Of a stretch of DNA of 64,000 nucleotides, positions 8,493 to 17,712 are shown in pieces. The position numbers were made by a program, and so were the translations under genes. The stretch spans positions 2,720,001 through 2,784,000 of the forward strand of contig OZ244744.1 in assembly GCA_965219455.1 (NCBI GenBank), given 5' to 3'. The stretch's first letter is position 1; every line of letters begins with the position of its first letter. This stretch comes from Candidatus Latescibacterota bacterium. Lineage in GTDB: Bacteria > Latescibacterota > UBA2968 > GCA-2709665. Under the pieces are notes generated by a model. That model was given only the letters and a program-made list of their open reading frames with translations, ran no database searches and had not been told where the DNA came from.

Positions 8493-9416
8493 CTATTCAT
8501 GTCGCCAGGGTCCACCTGCCTTCCAACTCCCCGTGAAACCGGCTCCGCGCGCCACAGCATCCCATGGTTCTCTGAAAAACGATATAAGACGGTCGCCCAA
8601 AGAACCGAAATCTGCGGGCGCACCCGCAAGCGCGTTCCGTTCCAGATAGGTACGCCACTGACCGGCACGCTCTCCATCAGCATAAAAGCGGGCCGTCAGA
8701 GCAACGGGTAGAGCCTGTGAGAAAGTTGTACGTCGTCGTTCGAAGGTCGCGCGCAAAGCTCTCAAGAGTTGATTGCCCTCGAAAGCAAAGTGCTGTATAA
8801 GGGCATAAAGATCGTAAAAGTCCTTGTTTCGACTGTTCCGTTCGCCCAACACAACCATCGCATGAAGCTTTTCCGCAACGACGGCCTCCCGCGGGTAGAC
8901 TCGGATATCCGGACTGGGATTGTCGAGCAAGGTCTTGTAAAGTGTGTCGGTCGGTGGCGGTTCGACGGCATTTCCAAAGCCAATATCGATCTGCATACGT
9001 ATACGTGCGTTATCCAGCGTCGCACTGAAACTTACGCGGAGACTATCATACATGTCCTGATCGCGAATGGTTTCGATCGCGATGTTGCTGATATCGAAGA
9101 CAAGTCCATCGTCGTCCACCGGAGTCTGACAGATTTCCCGGACCGTGGACCTTACTTCGTTCAATAACGAACTGCCGTAACCGGTAAAGTCTAGATCGCG
9201 GGTCGGGCGGTAGACTGCTTCAACCCAATGGACAAGAAGCATAGCGCCTTTCAAGATATAGCGATTGCGATACGGCGACTCTCCCAGCCGGTAGAGGAAT
9301 CGTTCTGCCGCGTATCGCTCCAGCAGGAACTGGAAATCCTCACCGGTTTGACGGCTCCGGTTCAACAATCTTGCGCGCACTGATGCGCCGACATTACGGC
9401 GCCCTCCGCGAGTCAT
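8493..9416 (-). CDS. abiEii: AbiEii-family nucleotidyltransferase toxin (type IV TA / abortive infection)
   Basis: SVRARLLN, ERFLYRL, LKGA, RPTRDLDF, QIDIGFG, EKLHAM, NSRNKDFYDL; ATGA-coupled to abiEi. Confidence 0.92.
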   Translation of the reverse strand: MTRGGRRNVGASVRARLLNRSRQTGEDFQFLLERYAAERFLYRLGESPYRNRYILKGAMLLVHWVEAVYRPTRDLDFTGYGSSLLNEVRSTVREICQTPVDDDGLVFDISNIAIETIRDQDMYDSLRVSFSATLDNARIRMQIDIGFGNAVEPPPTDTLYKTLLDNPSPDIRVYPREAVVAEKLHAMVVLGERNSRNKDFYDLYALIQHFAFEGNQLLRALRATFERRRTTFSQALPVALTARFYADGERAGQWRTYLERNALAGAPADFGSLGDRLISFFREPWDAVARGAGFTGSWKAGGPWRHE

Positions 9417-10006
9417 GTTTGAAGCGCCTCCAGGTAACTCCGCATAACCGTCTGCGCGCGGCAAACTTCTGCCGCTCGCATAATCTCGTCCACGGTCGCA
9501 GCACGCGATCGCAGAACATCATGCAGCGCCTCAAGCGCTATATCGAGTCCAAGCTTGTTGCGATACCGAAAACAATCCACGACGGTTCGGGCTGGCGAAG
9601 TGATGCGAAACGGTACCCCCAGCGCCGAATGGTGGGTTACCCCATAGGTTAGCATCGCACCTGAGAAACGGACCATGCGTACCCGAGCGGGCGGGCGAGC
9701 GGGTTTGCGAGCCTTGCGGTCCAGAGCGATCCAGATCTCGTGAGGCGACTGCGTGCCGATTTCGTGGAAACGAAGCGCCGTCAGCAGGCACATGACGGCA
9801 TTCGGTATGGCCGCAGCTACCATCGCGATCGTCTCTACCTCTGTCGCTTCGACCTCGGAGAGTCGATAAAGGCCATTTCCCAGACTATCGACGAGTCCTT
9901 CGGCGACGAGACCCATGAGTCGCCGATGTGAGATCCCGAACGGTGCGAGGTCTTTAGGTCGAAAATAGACACCCAGGCCCGCTTCTTGAAGTTGAGCAAT
10001 ATCCAT
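9413..10006 (-). CDS. abiEi: AbiEi-family antitoxin / transcriptional regulator
   Basis: N-terminal wHTH-like GNGLYRL; CLLTALRFHEIGTQSPHEIWIA; TSPARTVVDCFRYRNKLGLDIALEAL; alternative start 10018. Confidence 0.9.
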   Translation of the reverse strand: MDIAQLQEAGLGVYFRPKDLAPFGISHRRLMGLVAEGLVDSLGNGLYRLSEVEATEVETIAMVAAAIPNAVMCLLTALRFHEIGTQSPHEIWIALDRKARKPARPPARVRMVRFSGAMLTYGVTHHSALGVPFRITSPARTVVDCFRYRNKLGLDIALEALHDVLRSRAATVDEIMRAAEVCRAQTVMRSYLEALQT

Positions 10007-10033
10007 TGGGTGAACCATTTGCGAAATGATACT

Positions 10034-10075
10034 AAATGTCGTCACTTTATCGTAACTGCCGATAATTGTTGTCAA
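10034..10075 (-). promoter_or_regulatory. abiE promoter with overlapping inverted-repeat operator
   Basis: TTGACA at 10075-10070 and TACGAT at 10054-10049 (15-nt spacer, short); imperfect palindrome 10034-10067. Confidence 0.55.
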
Positions 10076-10103
10076 TCTGCTGGTCAAATAAGGGCGCGGG
10101 ATG

Positions 10104-10391
10104 TTATCGAAAACCTCTGAGCCGGGCCAGGAGACTCTTTGCGTGCCGGCAAGCGTCTTCGACGAGACCCGGGTCGATTTGCGCCAGGAGGATTGGAACG
10201 GCACCTCCCTTCGAATCGTCGAGTGCCGTAGTAAAACGGTTGAATGTCTGTTGACGCGTGCCTCCCCGCACCACTCTCGGCATTCGACCGCCGAGTCCAG
10301 CCTTTGCAAGGAAAGCCTTCCAAGCCTCGCGGAACTGCGCACCAAGGCGGCGATTGTCGCCCCCGCCCTCAATATATAGTACGGCTGTCAC
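10104..10391 (-). pseudogene. DUF4276-family protein with large in-frame internal deletion
   Basis: Typical N-terminus (LYIEGGG...FREAW..FL.KAG) joined at ILL|AQIDP to a typical C-terminus; only 95 aa and central acidic motifs missing. Confidence 0.65.
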
Positions 10392-11605
10392 CAGCGATTT
10401 CCTCCGATTTGTCCGGAACTCCAGAGATTACCCAGTGTGTAATCCTTCAGCCATTTGGCGAGATCGGCTTTGTCGAGCCGACCCATCTCGGTCTGTCCAT
10501 CGTGCTTTTCGCAGACTATCACGCTCTCGGGTGTGTCGGTTAGCGCATCCACCAACGCGTCGGAATGAGTCGTTACGACCAATTGACTGCGTTCCGACGC
10601 TGAGACAAGCAAGTCGGCCACAGTGGGTAAAAGGTCCGGATGCAAGCCTAGTTCCGGTTCCTCGATCACCACCAGGGGAGGCGGTTCAGGATGGAGCAGA
10701 ATGGCCAACAGACACAGATAACGCGATGTGCCGTCTGAAATGCGTGTGGCCGGAATCTGGCGGTTGTCCGCTTCTACCAGAAATAGTGCCATGTTACCAC
10801 CGTCTACTGAAAAAGTGATGTCGACGATGCCGTCAAAGAGTTTCTGCAGAGCTGTGACGAGTTGCCCTTTGTTTTCGCCACGGAAGTGCGACAACACAAG
10901 CGCGAGGTTTGTGCTGTCCTCATCCAGAAAATCGGCGCGGTCGTGGGCGCTCTGGTTCCTGCGGCACGCTGCCGAGGGACCGAGAAACCAATCGCGGTAA
11001 AGACGAAGTTGCCCGTATTGTTCCTTCAGATGCCACAGAATCGGATACTCAGGACTTGCAAAGTAAACGAGAGAATGTTCCGGACGATAGTAGCTTTGAA
11101 ACCCTATACTCCGGGTTCCTTTTACAATGGCTGGTGGCGGTCCCAAAGGGGCGGACGAATAATGCGGCGTCGACCTGTCAGCTGACGAATCGACATCTGG
11201 CTCTTCCTTTCTGGGTGGTCGATAGTAGGAAAGCGGGGGAAGTAATTCGACATAGGCGCCCAAAGGCTCGACCTGCTCGTCGATCACTTCGGGACGATCG
11301 TTACTGTGGCCAAGTGTCAACGAATGGCGCGCGATGCGGTCCGCACCATATTCGACAAACACTTCCAATGCGAATGAGTCCAGCGCATCTCGCCCGTTCC
11401 ACAACCACGACTCAACGCCCCCCATACGCGAGATCGGATCTGTTATGCAACTCGGCGCCGCCCTAAGCAAGGCAATTGCTTCCAGAAAGTTCGACTTTCC
11501 TGAGCCGTTCGGGCCAATGAGGACGTTCAGCGGTTCCATGGGCAAGTCAACTCCATCGGGTCCGAACGACAGGAGGCCGGAAATTTTCAATTTATGAATC
11601 AACAT
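10388..11605 (-). CDS. ABC-like AAA ATPase (AAA_21/AAA_15 type)
   Basis: Walker A GPNGSGKS, signature ISDGT, Walker B IEEPELGLHP, TTHS H-loop. Confidence 0.9.
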   Translation of the reverse strand: MLIHKLKISGLLSFGPDGVDLPMEPLNVLIGPNGSGKSNFLEAIALLRAAPSCITDPISRMGGVESWLWNGRDALDSFALEVFVEYGADRIARHSLTLGHSNDRPEVIDEQVEPLGAYVELLPPLSYYRPPRKEEPDVDSSADRSTPHYSSAPLGPPPAIVKGTRSIGFQSYYRPEHSLVYFASPEYPILWHLKEQYGQLRLYRDWFLGPSAACRRNQSAHDRADFLDEDSTNLALVLSHFRGENKGQLVTALQKLFDGIVDITFSVDGGNMALFLVEADNRQIPATRISDGTSRYLCLLAILLHPEPPPLVVIEEPELGLHPDLLPTVADLLVSASERSQLVVTTHSDALVDALTDTPESVIVCEKHDGQTEMGRLDKADLAKWLKDYTLGNLWSSGQIGGNRW

Positions 11606-11753
11606 ATCGGCTCCTCAAGCATGCGTAGCGGTTATTTTGCCGTGCAAACACACCCGTCAGTTTTTCAGGCCGCTTATGACGTGTTCCTAGTAAGCAGTCC
11701 TTCCAGGCTGAAGTCAACTCTATCATCAATTGATGAGCCTTCTGCCGTTCTCG

Positions 11754-12068
11754 TCATACGCTAAGTTCGATGTCGCGTGGCGCAATCGCTTCCAGTTCCT
11801 CTGCCTCAGACCGGGTGGCGTGATACAGATCCCAACGTAGCTGCAGATTCAGCCAAAACGCGGCCGAAACGTTGAAATATCTCCCCAGGCGCAGGGCCGT
11901 GCTAGGAGTAATACCTCGTCGACCGTTTACCAGTTCGTTGACCCATTGACAGGGCACATGAATGGCGGTAGCCAATTCCCGTTGTGTTAAATTCAACGAA
12001 TTCAGAAACTCCTCAAGCAACATCACGCCCGGATGAGTGGGGACACGATTGGTTGGAATACGTACCAT
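11754..12068 (-). CDS. higA: HigA-family addiction module antitoxin
   Basis: THPG.ML.EEFL, TQRELA, NELVNGRRGITPSTALRL, FWLNLQ..WDL. Confidence 0.9.
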   Translation of the reverse strand: MVRIPTNRVPTHPGVMLLEEFLNSLNLTQRELATAIHVPCQWVNELVNGRRGITPSTALRLGRYFNVSAAFWLNLQLRWDLYHATRSEAEELEAIAPRDIELSV

Positions 12069-12090
12069 GATCCAAACCTTTGGTTAATCG

Positions 12091-12150
12091 TTAGTGATAG
12101 TCGAAGATCTCCACATCAGTGGGACCGGCAATCCGGCCACGCAAAGCAGT
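12091..12150 (-). pseudogene. higB: C-terminal remnant of HigB toxin
   Basis: CFAWPD(frameshift)AGPTDVEIFDYH* directly upstream of higA, matching the typical HigB ending CF.W..AGP.DVEI.DYH. Confidence 0.7.
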
Positions 12151-12172
12151 TGCCATAGATACTTTTGGTGGC

Positions 12173-14326
12173 TCAGACCGTTGCGCCGGACATTTCCTTC
12201 AACATCTCCATTATGTCCTTTTCGATATGCTGAATATCGGCCTCGATCTCCGGAAGTGGCCGCGGCGGCTTATACTGGTAGAAATAACGGTTGAAGTTGA
12301 TCTCGTAGCCCACAAAACCGACCTTTCCGTCCCGATGATCGCGCTTCGATGTATCTATCCACGCTTCCGGAACATGAGGTTTGACCTCCCGCTCGAAAAA
12401 GGCGCGAACGCTGGCTGGGACGCCGTCGCCGTCCACGGGGTCCGCCCCATCGGCGAGCGGTACGCGCTCGGTGTCACGCAACTCCGGGTCGGGTTCGGGC
12501 GCGCCGTTTTTTCCCCGGCAGATCGTGGCTGTTTCATCGCGCTCGCCAAGAGCCGTGAGGATTGCCTTCTGCACCGGCGCCGCGAGTTTAAGACCGGCTC
12601 TCCGCGCCGCTTCCGCGAGTTCTGCCAGAAATACCTCGCGGTCTTTGTGAAGGGTGTCGGGCAGCTTCTCGAGCGTGGTCAAAATTTCCTGCTGCAGAGC
12701 GCGGCCATCGGCCTTTTCCCTGAGGCCGGCGTCGCCCCGTTTCTTCGATTTGGCCAGATTCTGAAATCCTGTCTGTTCGCTCAGCCGTGCGATGCGTTCC
12801 GCGCTTGCCTGAAAATTGAGTCGCAGCGGTCGTTCAACCGTAATTCTCCGATATCCGAATCGCTTCGTAGAGAAGACACGGCTGACGACTTTGTCTTCTT
12901 CCTCGCCGTCTTCAGAGACCTTCCGCGTCTCGCCATCGTGAAAGCCCCGCAGGAGACCCAGCACGTCGTCTGCTTTCCCAGGTGGTATCTCCCGCCGCTT
13001 GTCGCCCAGGCTCCGGCGCATCGGCTTCCAGAAGGTCGTGGCGTCGATAAGCTGCACCTTGCCCTTGCGTTCCGGAGCCTTGCGGTTGCTCAAAACCCAC
13101 ACATAGGTTGCAATGCCGGTGTTGTAGAAAAGCTGCTCGGGCAGCGCAATCAACGCCTCCAGCAGGTCGTTTTCCATAATATATCGGCGAATTTCACTTT
13201 CGCCGCTGCCCGCGTCACCCGTAAACAAGGGCGAACCGTTCATGATGATCGCAATGCGTGCGCCTCCCTGGTCCGGCGCCCGGGCGTGAGCGAGCATGTG
13301 CAGCAGGAACAGTGTTTGACCGTCGCTGATGCGCGGGAGCCCAGGGCCGAAGCGCCCGGCCGCGCCCCGTTCATGTTCGGACTCGACCGAGGTCTTGTCG
13401 CGTTTCCAGTCCTTTCCATAGGGCGGATTCGCGATCAGGTAATCAAAATGGTGGGCGGCATGCCGATCGTTTGAGAGCGTGCTGCCAAAAACGACCTTGT
13501 CCGCGTCGCGGCCCGTCGGATCCTTCATATACATGTCAGACTTTGAGACCGCCCACGTCTCCGGGTTCACTTCCTGGCCGAAGAGATGGATCTCCGCCTC
13601 CGGTTTGATAGCGGGGCGAGGGATTTCGCCGTTGCTTCGCATGCCCCTCGTAATGTGTTCCTTGGCGATGGTCAACATGCCGCCGGAGCCGCAGCACGGG
13701 TCGTAAACACTGCGCACAACGCCGGGTCGGGCGATGCGGTCTTTCTCACCGGCGAGCATGAGGTCCACCATCAGGTGGACCACGTCCCTCGGTGTGAAGT
13801 GCTCCCCGGGATTCTCATCCAGGGCTTCGTTGAATCTGCGGATCAACTCTTCAAAGACCGTCCCCATGGTCGCGTTGTCGATCCGATCCGGATGCAGGTC
13901 GACGTTCTTGAACCGCTCCAGCACCTGGAACAGCAGCCCCGCTTCATCGAGCTTGCTGATCGTGTTGTCGAGGTCGAATCGTTCCAACACCTCGCGCATG
14001 TTATCGCTGAAACCGGCGATGTAGTTTCTCAGGTTGGCGGCAAGTTGGGGCGCATCGGCCAGCAACGTGTCGAAGTCATAGCGTGAAGTGTTGTAGAATG
14101 CGAAGCCGGATGTTTCGCGCAGTTGCCCCTTCAGATCTTCAAGGCCGCGACCTCTCAACTCCGCCTGGCGTTTGAGCACTTGTTGCTTGGTCGGCGCAAG
14201 AACGCAGTCAAGGCGGCGCAGCACGGTCAGAGGAAGAATGACGTCCTGGTATTTGCCGCGCTTGAAGCTGTCGCGGATGAGATCCGCAACGCCCCAGATG
14301 AAGCTGACGATCTCACTGTGATTCAT
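12173..14326 (-). CDS. hsdM: Type I RM N6-adenine methyltransferase subunit
   Basis: FIWGVADLIR, GEHFTPRDVV, YDPCCGSGGML, NPPY, GSPLFTGDAGSGESEIR, GYEINFNRYFY. Confidence 0.95.
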   Translation of the reverse strand: MNHSEIVSFIWGVADLIRDSFKRGKYQDVILPLTVLRRLDCVLAPTKQQVLKRQAELRGRGLEDLKGQLRETSGFAFYNTSRYDFDTLLADAPQLAANLRNYIAGFSDNMREVLERFDLDNTISKLDEAGLLFQVLERFKNVDLHPDRIDNATMGTVFEELIRRFNEALDENPGEHFTPRDVVHLMVDLMLAGEKDRIARPGVVRSVYDPCCGSGGMLTIAKEHITRGMRSNGEIPRPAIKPEAEIHLFGQEVNPETWAVSKSDMYMKDPTGRDADKVVFGSTLSNDRHAAHHFDYLIANPPYGKDWKRDKTSVESEHERGAAGRFGPGLPRISDGQTLFLLHMLAHARAPDQGGARIAIIMNGSPLFTGDAGSGESEIRRYIMENDLLEALIALPEQLFYNTGIATYVWVLSNRKAPERKGKVQLIDATTFWKPMRRSLGDKRREIPPGKADDVLGLLRGFHDGETRKVSEDGEEEDKVVSRVFSTKRFGYRRITVERPLRLNFQASAERIARLSEQTGFQNLAKSKKRGDAGLREKADGRALQQEILTTLEKLPDTLHKDREVFLAELAEAARRAGLKLAAPVQKAILTALGERDETATICRGKNGAPEPDPELRDTERVPLADGADPVDGDGVPASVRAFFEREVKPHVPEAWIDTSKRDHRDGKVGFVGYEINFNRYFYQYKPPRPLPEIEADIQHIEKDIMEMLKEMSGATV

Positions 14327-14469
14327 CGGTTCGCTCCACGATTTCGATTGGGGAAATAACGACGACCCCTTTACGCGTTTCCCGTTCAGTTCGCTAACAA
14401 TATAACACAAAATGGCAATAAAACAGAGAATGGCCTTTTCGCGTTCTAAACAGTGCCCGGTAGACGCAT

Positions 14470-14498
14470 GTAGGGGCAGGTTTGAAACCTGCCCCGAC
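14470..14498. repeat. GTAG-type REP palindrome
   Basis: GTAGGGGCAGGTTTGAAACCTGCCCCGAC. Confidence 0.75.
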
Positions 14499-14690
14499 TG
14501 GAGAGGCATCGGCAGGCGCGAAGGCCTTGTCTTGTTTTCGCATGTGAAGATAAGGAGGTTTCTTATTAGCGAAAACGGTTTAAATCGATAATAATAAACG
14601 CACGTAGACGAAAAAAGAACTGACTTGCATTATACAAGCCAGTTCAGGGTAGATGGGATAGCTGAAAAGGGGTTTCTGAATCAGCGCCGC

Positions 14691-14879
14691 TTATTCGCCC
14701 CGTTGTGCAAGGAACCGTGCCAGGGCGCCCGGTCGACGCGCCACCGGCTGAAGCGTCTGGCCTGGCGCTCCCGATCGCACCAGGATCCCACGCCGTCGAA
14801 GATCATCCAGTCGCTCTTGGATCGTCTGCTGCTTCTGACGCTTTATCGCGCGGTTCTCAGCCACGGGTTCTCCTCTCAC
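14691..14879 (-). pseudogene. C-terminal fragment of Phd/YefM-like antitoxin
   Basis: Begins at RGEPVAE (Phd core motif ITRRG.PVA.L) and ends GALARFLAQRGE; N-terminus missing and no PIN toxin follows. Confidence 0.5.
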
Positions 14880-14884
14880 AAACT

Positions 14885-15313
14885 TTACGCCGGGCGGAAC
14901 TCCACGATCAGTTCCCGTCCGAGCGACCGAAGGGCCTTGTGAATGCGGTTGGCGGCGGTGTGGTGTCGGGGGTCAAGCATGCGGCGCACCACTTTCTCGT
15001 TTACGCCGAGGCGTCGAGCAAAGGCAAGGCGAGACAGACCGCTGTCCCGCAACGCAAGGGCGAACGCGGCCTTCGCCGCCATATCGGGTGGAACGGCAAT
15101 GTACTGCTCGCCGGCGCGTCGGCGACTGGGCGCCGGGATGGGCTCGTCATCGTCAATGCGGCCGGCGACCGCTTCCTCGAGCGCGTCGCGGGCCTCCGCG
15201 AGGGCCGCCGACTCGTCGGCGCCGGACGTTAGGCATTCCGGAAAATCCCGGAATGAGACGGTGATCTCGCCGGAGCGGTCTGGATGAAACCGGGCGGGAT
15301 AGCGAAACTGCAT
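14885..15313 (-). CDS. hicB: HicB-family antitoxin (no adjacent hicA)
   Basis: YPARF, VSFRDFPECLTSG, ARDAL, IPAPS plus C-terminal HTH FARRLGVNEKVVRRMLDP. Confidence 0.88.
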   Translation of the reverse strand: MQFRYPARFHPDRSGEITVSFRDFPECLTSGADESAALAEARDALEEAVAGRIDDDEPIPAPSRRRAGEQYIAVPPDMAAKAAFALALRDSGLSRLAFARRLGVNEKVVRRMLDPRHHTAANRIHKALRSLGRELIVEFRPA

Positions 15314-15353
15314 GACGGTTTCCTCTAACCTGTTTCCAAAAACACCCTTGAAT

Positions 15354-15382
15354 GTAGGGGCAGGTTTCAAACCTGCCCCTAC
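15354..15382. repeat. GTAG-type REP palindrome
   Basis: Perfect 14-bp arms GTAGGGGCAGGTTT-C-AAACCTGCCCCTAC. Confidence 0.8.
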
Positions 15383-15400
15383 GTAACGGATGACCGATAC

Positions 15401-15438
15401 GACAAGACCCCGGCGGGATTGTCCATCGGGGTCTTGTC
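15401..15438. terminator. Hairpin downstream of tRNA
   Basis: 12-bp arms GACAAGACCCCG / CGGGGTCTTGTC. Confidence 0.45.
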
Positions 15439-15474
15439 TTCGCCGTCAGACCGTCGGAACAGACGGCTGAAAAT

Positions 15475-15550
15475 TGGTGCGCCCACAGGGAATCGAACCC
15501 CGAACCTTCTGATTAAGAGTCAGCTGCTCTGCCTATTGAGCTATGGGCGC
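15475..15550 (-). tRNA. tRNA-Lys (anticodon CTT)
   Basis: GCGCCCATAGCTCAATAGGCAGAGCAGCTGACTCTTAATCAGAAGGTTCGGGGTTCGATTCCCTGTGGGCGCACCA; 76 nt, TTCGA T-loop, encoded CCA. Confidence 0.97.
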
Positions 15551-15635
15551 ATTGACGTGCGTGGCGCAACCTTCGGTTGATCTGCGCCAATTGATTCCAA
15601 ATAAATATATATCAGCAATGCGTTTGAATCTATTC

Positions 15636-16106
15636 CTACGTTCGAACATAGTCCTCGCTGCGGCCGCCGGTTTTCCGCAGGAGGCGGATATTCCGGATCG
15701 CCATGTCCTTGTCCACGGCCTTGCACATATCGTAGACCGTCAGCAGCGCCGCGCTCACGGCCGTCAACGCTTCCATCTCCACACCGGTTTTGCCCGTCAC
15801 GCGCACGCTGGCTTCCGCTTCGATACGGTCATGTCCCACGGCAAAGCTGAGTTCGATGCCCGTGGGATCCACGGGATGGCAAAGCGGAATCAGTTCCCAC
15901 GTACGTTTCGCCGCCATTATCCCCGCTATCCGGGCGGTCTCCAACACGTTTCCCTTGGGCAGCGCGCCCCCTGAAACCAGGCGCGCCGTCTCCGGCGACA
16001 TGGCAATCTCACCGCCGGCAACCGCCACGCGGTCGGTCACGTCCTTTTCAGTGACGTCCACCATCCGCACCGTTCCGTCTTCGGCAATGTGGGTCAGATT
16101 CGCCAT
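15636..16106 (-). CDS. moaC: Cyclic pyranopterin monophosphate synthase
   Basis: LTH...MVDV, AGIMAAK.T.ELIPLCHP, TGVEMEALT, YDMCKAVD. Confidence 0.95.
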   Translation of the reverse strand: MANLTHIAEDGTVRMVDVTEKDVTDRVAVAGGEIAMSPETARLVSGGALPKGNVLETARIAGIMAAKRTWELIPLCHPVDPTGIELSFAVGHDRIEAEASVRVTGKTGVEMEALTAVSAALLTVYDMCKAVDKDMAIRNIRLLRKTGGRSEDYVRT

Positions 16107-16176
16107 GTTAACTGCCCGATCGATTCTGGAAGCGCGGGACACATCAGGTCGCGGACGAAGGAAGCTCCGCTTCGCA

Positions 16177-17403
16177 CTACCATTCCTCCAGCAACACGAT
16201 GTCCACTTCCGCGCCCGCGTCGAGCGCCTCCACCTCGGCCTCGACCACGAAGAGGCTATTCGCTCGCGAAAGAGAAAAGAGATCCGCCGATCCGTGGTGG
16301 CCCACCCAGCGGCTCTCCCAGCATCCGTTGACTTCGTCGGACCGGGCCGGCACGAACTGCTTGCGCCCGGGCGACTGCCGGAACCCCTGCGCCAGTTTTC
16401 CCCGGGCCATCGGCCGGTGGACCTCCGACATGCACTGCATTTTCCGGACCGCCGGGCGGACCAGCAGTTCCAGACCCACCACCGCCGAGACGGGGTTGCC
16501 CGGCAACCCGAAGACGAGTTTCTTTCCCAGTGCGCCAAAGGTGAGTGGTTTGCCCGGCTTCATCCGGATCCGATCGAAGTAGATCTCCACGCCGCAATCC
16601 CGCATCGCGCCCTGAACCAGATCATAAATGCCGGCCGATACGCCTCCTGAAAGGAGAACCACGTCGCACTCGTCGAGACCCCGTGAAATCACGGCATTCA
16701 GCGCGGCTTCGTCGTCTTCCACGATGCCCAGATACCGCGTCTCGGCGCCGGACCGCAGCGCCTGTGCCATCATCGAATACCCGTTGCTGTTCCGGATCTG
16801 CCCGGCCGCCGGGTGGTTTCCCGGTTCCACGATTTCGCTGCCGGTCGCGACCACACCGACGATCGGCCTGCGATAGACGGGTACGCTGACCACGCCCACC
16901 GTCGCCAGAATCCCGATTTCCGGCGGGCGAATGAGCGTTCCGGCCTCGAGCACGATCTGATTGCATCTCACATCTTCGCCGAGAGGGACAACATTGCGTC
17001 CCTCCTCCGTCACGGCCAGCACCCGTACGCCCAGGCCATCCCGCTCGGCAACGGTGTCTTCCACCATCACCACCGTGTCCGCGCCATCCGGCATGGGCGC
17101 ACCCGTCATGATTCGCGAGGCTTGACCGTTCGAAACCACCTTCCCGGGAACCGATCCGGCCGGAATCTCTTCGATCACCTCGAGAACGGCGGGATTCTCC
17201 GGGCGTGCGTCCGCGACGTCTTCCCCAACCACCGCGTACCCGTCCATGGTCGCTTTGTCGAACGGCGGCATGTCGATGTCCGATCGTACGTCTTCCCTCA
17301 GCGTGCACCCGAGGGCGTCCATCAGATCGACGTTTGTTCCGTCGATCGCGGACGTATGTTGCAGGACAATGCGAATGGCCTCGTCCATGCTGATCATGTC
17401 CAT
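16177..17403 (-). CDS. moeA: Molybdopterin molybdotransferase
   Basis: PPFDKATMDGYA, IMTGAPMPDGAD, SGGVSAG, MKPGKP, GLPGNPVS. Confidence 0.95.
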   Translation of the reverse strand: MDMISMDEAIRIVLQHTSAIDGTNVDLMDALGCTLREDVRSDIDMPPFDKATMDGYAVVGEDVADARPENPAVLEVIEEIPAGSVPGKVVSNGQASRIMTGAPMPDGADTVVMVEDTVAERDGLGVRVLAVTEEGRNVVPLGEDVRCNQIVLEAGTLIRPPEIGILATVGVVSVPVYRRPIVGVVATGSEIVEPGNHPAAGQIRNSNGYSMMAQALRSGAETRYLGIVEDDEAALNAVISRGLDECDVVLLSGGVSAGIYDLVQGAMRDCGVEIYFDRIRMKPGKPLTFGALGKKLVFGLPGNPVSAVVGLELLVRPAVRKMQCMSEVHRPMARGKLAQGFRQSPGRKQFVPARSDEVNGCWESRWVGHHGSADLFSLSRANSLFVVEAEVEALDAGAEVDIVLLEEW

Positions 17404-17683
17404 CGGTGATCCCCTCCATTACGCCGGATTCTTCGGACTCAGGCAGTAAATATATAAAAACCCGGTGCAAATGTCACTTCCAAATGCAATCCTTCCATAC
17501 ATATCCGGATCGGGATCAAGCGGCATCCGAACGTACGTCCCGGATCCGCGCGATTTGACGGGAAAGCGCTACCGCCACCCGTGAACACCGCAGAAACCGC
17601 AGTGCCGGGCGATCGCTTGCCCGCGGGTTCCGTCAATTGCGCTAACCCATTCCGCGATAACCTCGTTCTTCGGGGTCGGTGAT

Positions 17684-17712
17684 TTGACATTCCCGCATCG
17701 AATGCCTACATT
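17684..17712 (+). promoter_or_regulatory. Sigma70-type promoter
   Basis: TTGACA-17 nt-TACATT. Confidence 0.55.

Noticed and set aside
8181-10067. 34-bp repeats as lox- or dif-like recombination sites
   Set aside because: The 15-4-15 arm/spacer geometry and overlap with a promoter fit an operator better, and no tyrosine recombinase lies nearby; kept only as a minor alternative
1-15474. Integrase and att duplication of the tRNA-Lys 3' end
   Set aside because: Neither was seen by eye within the window; they may lie further left
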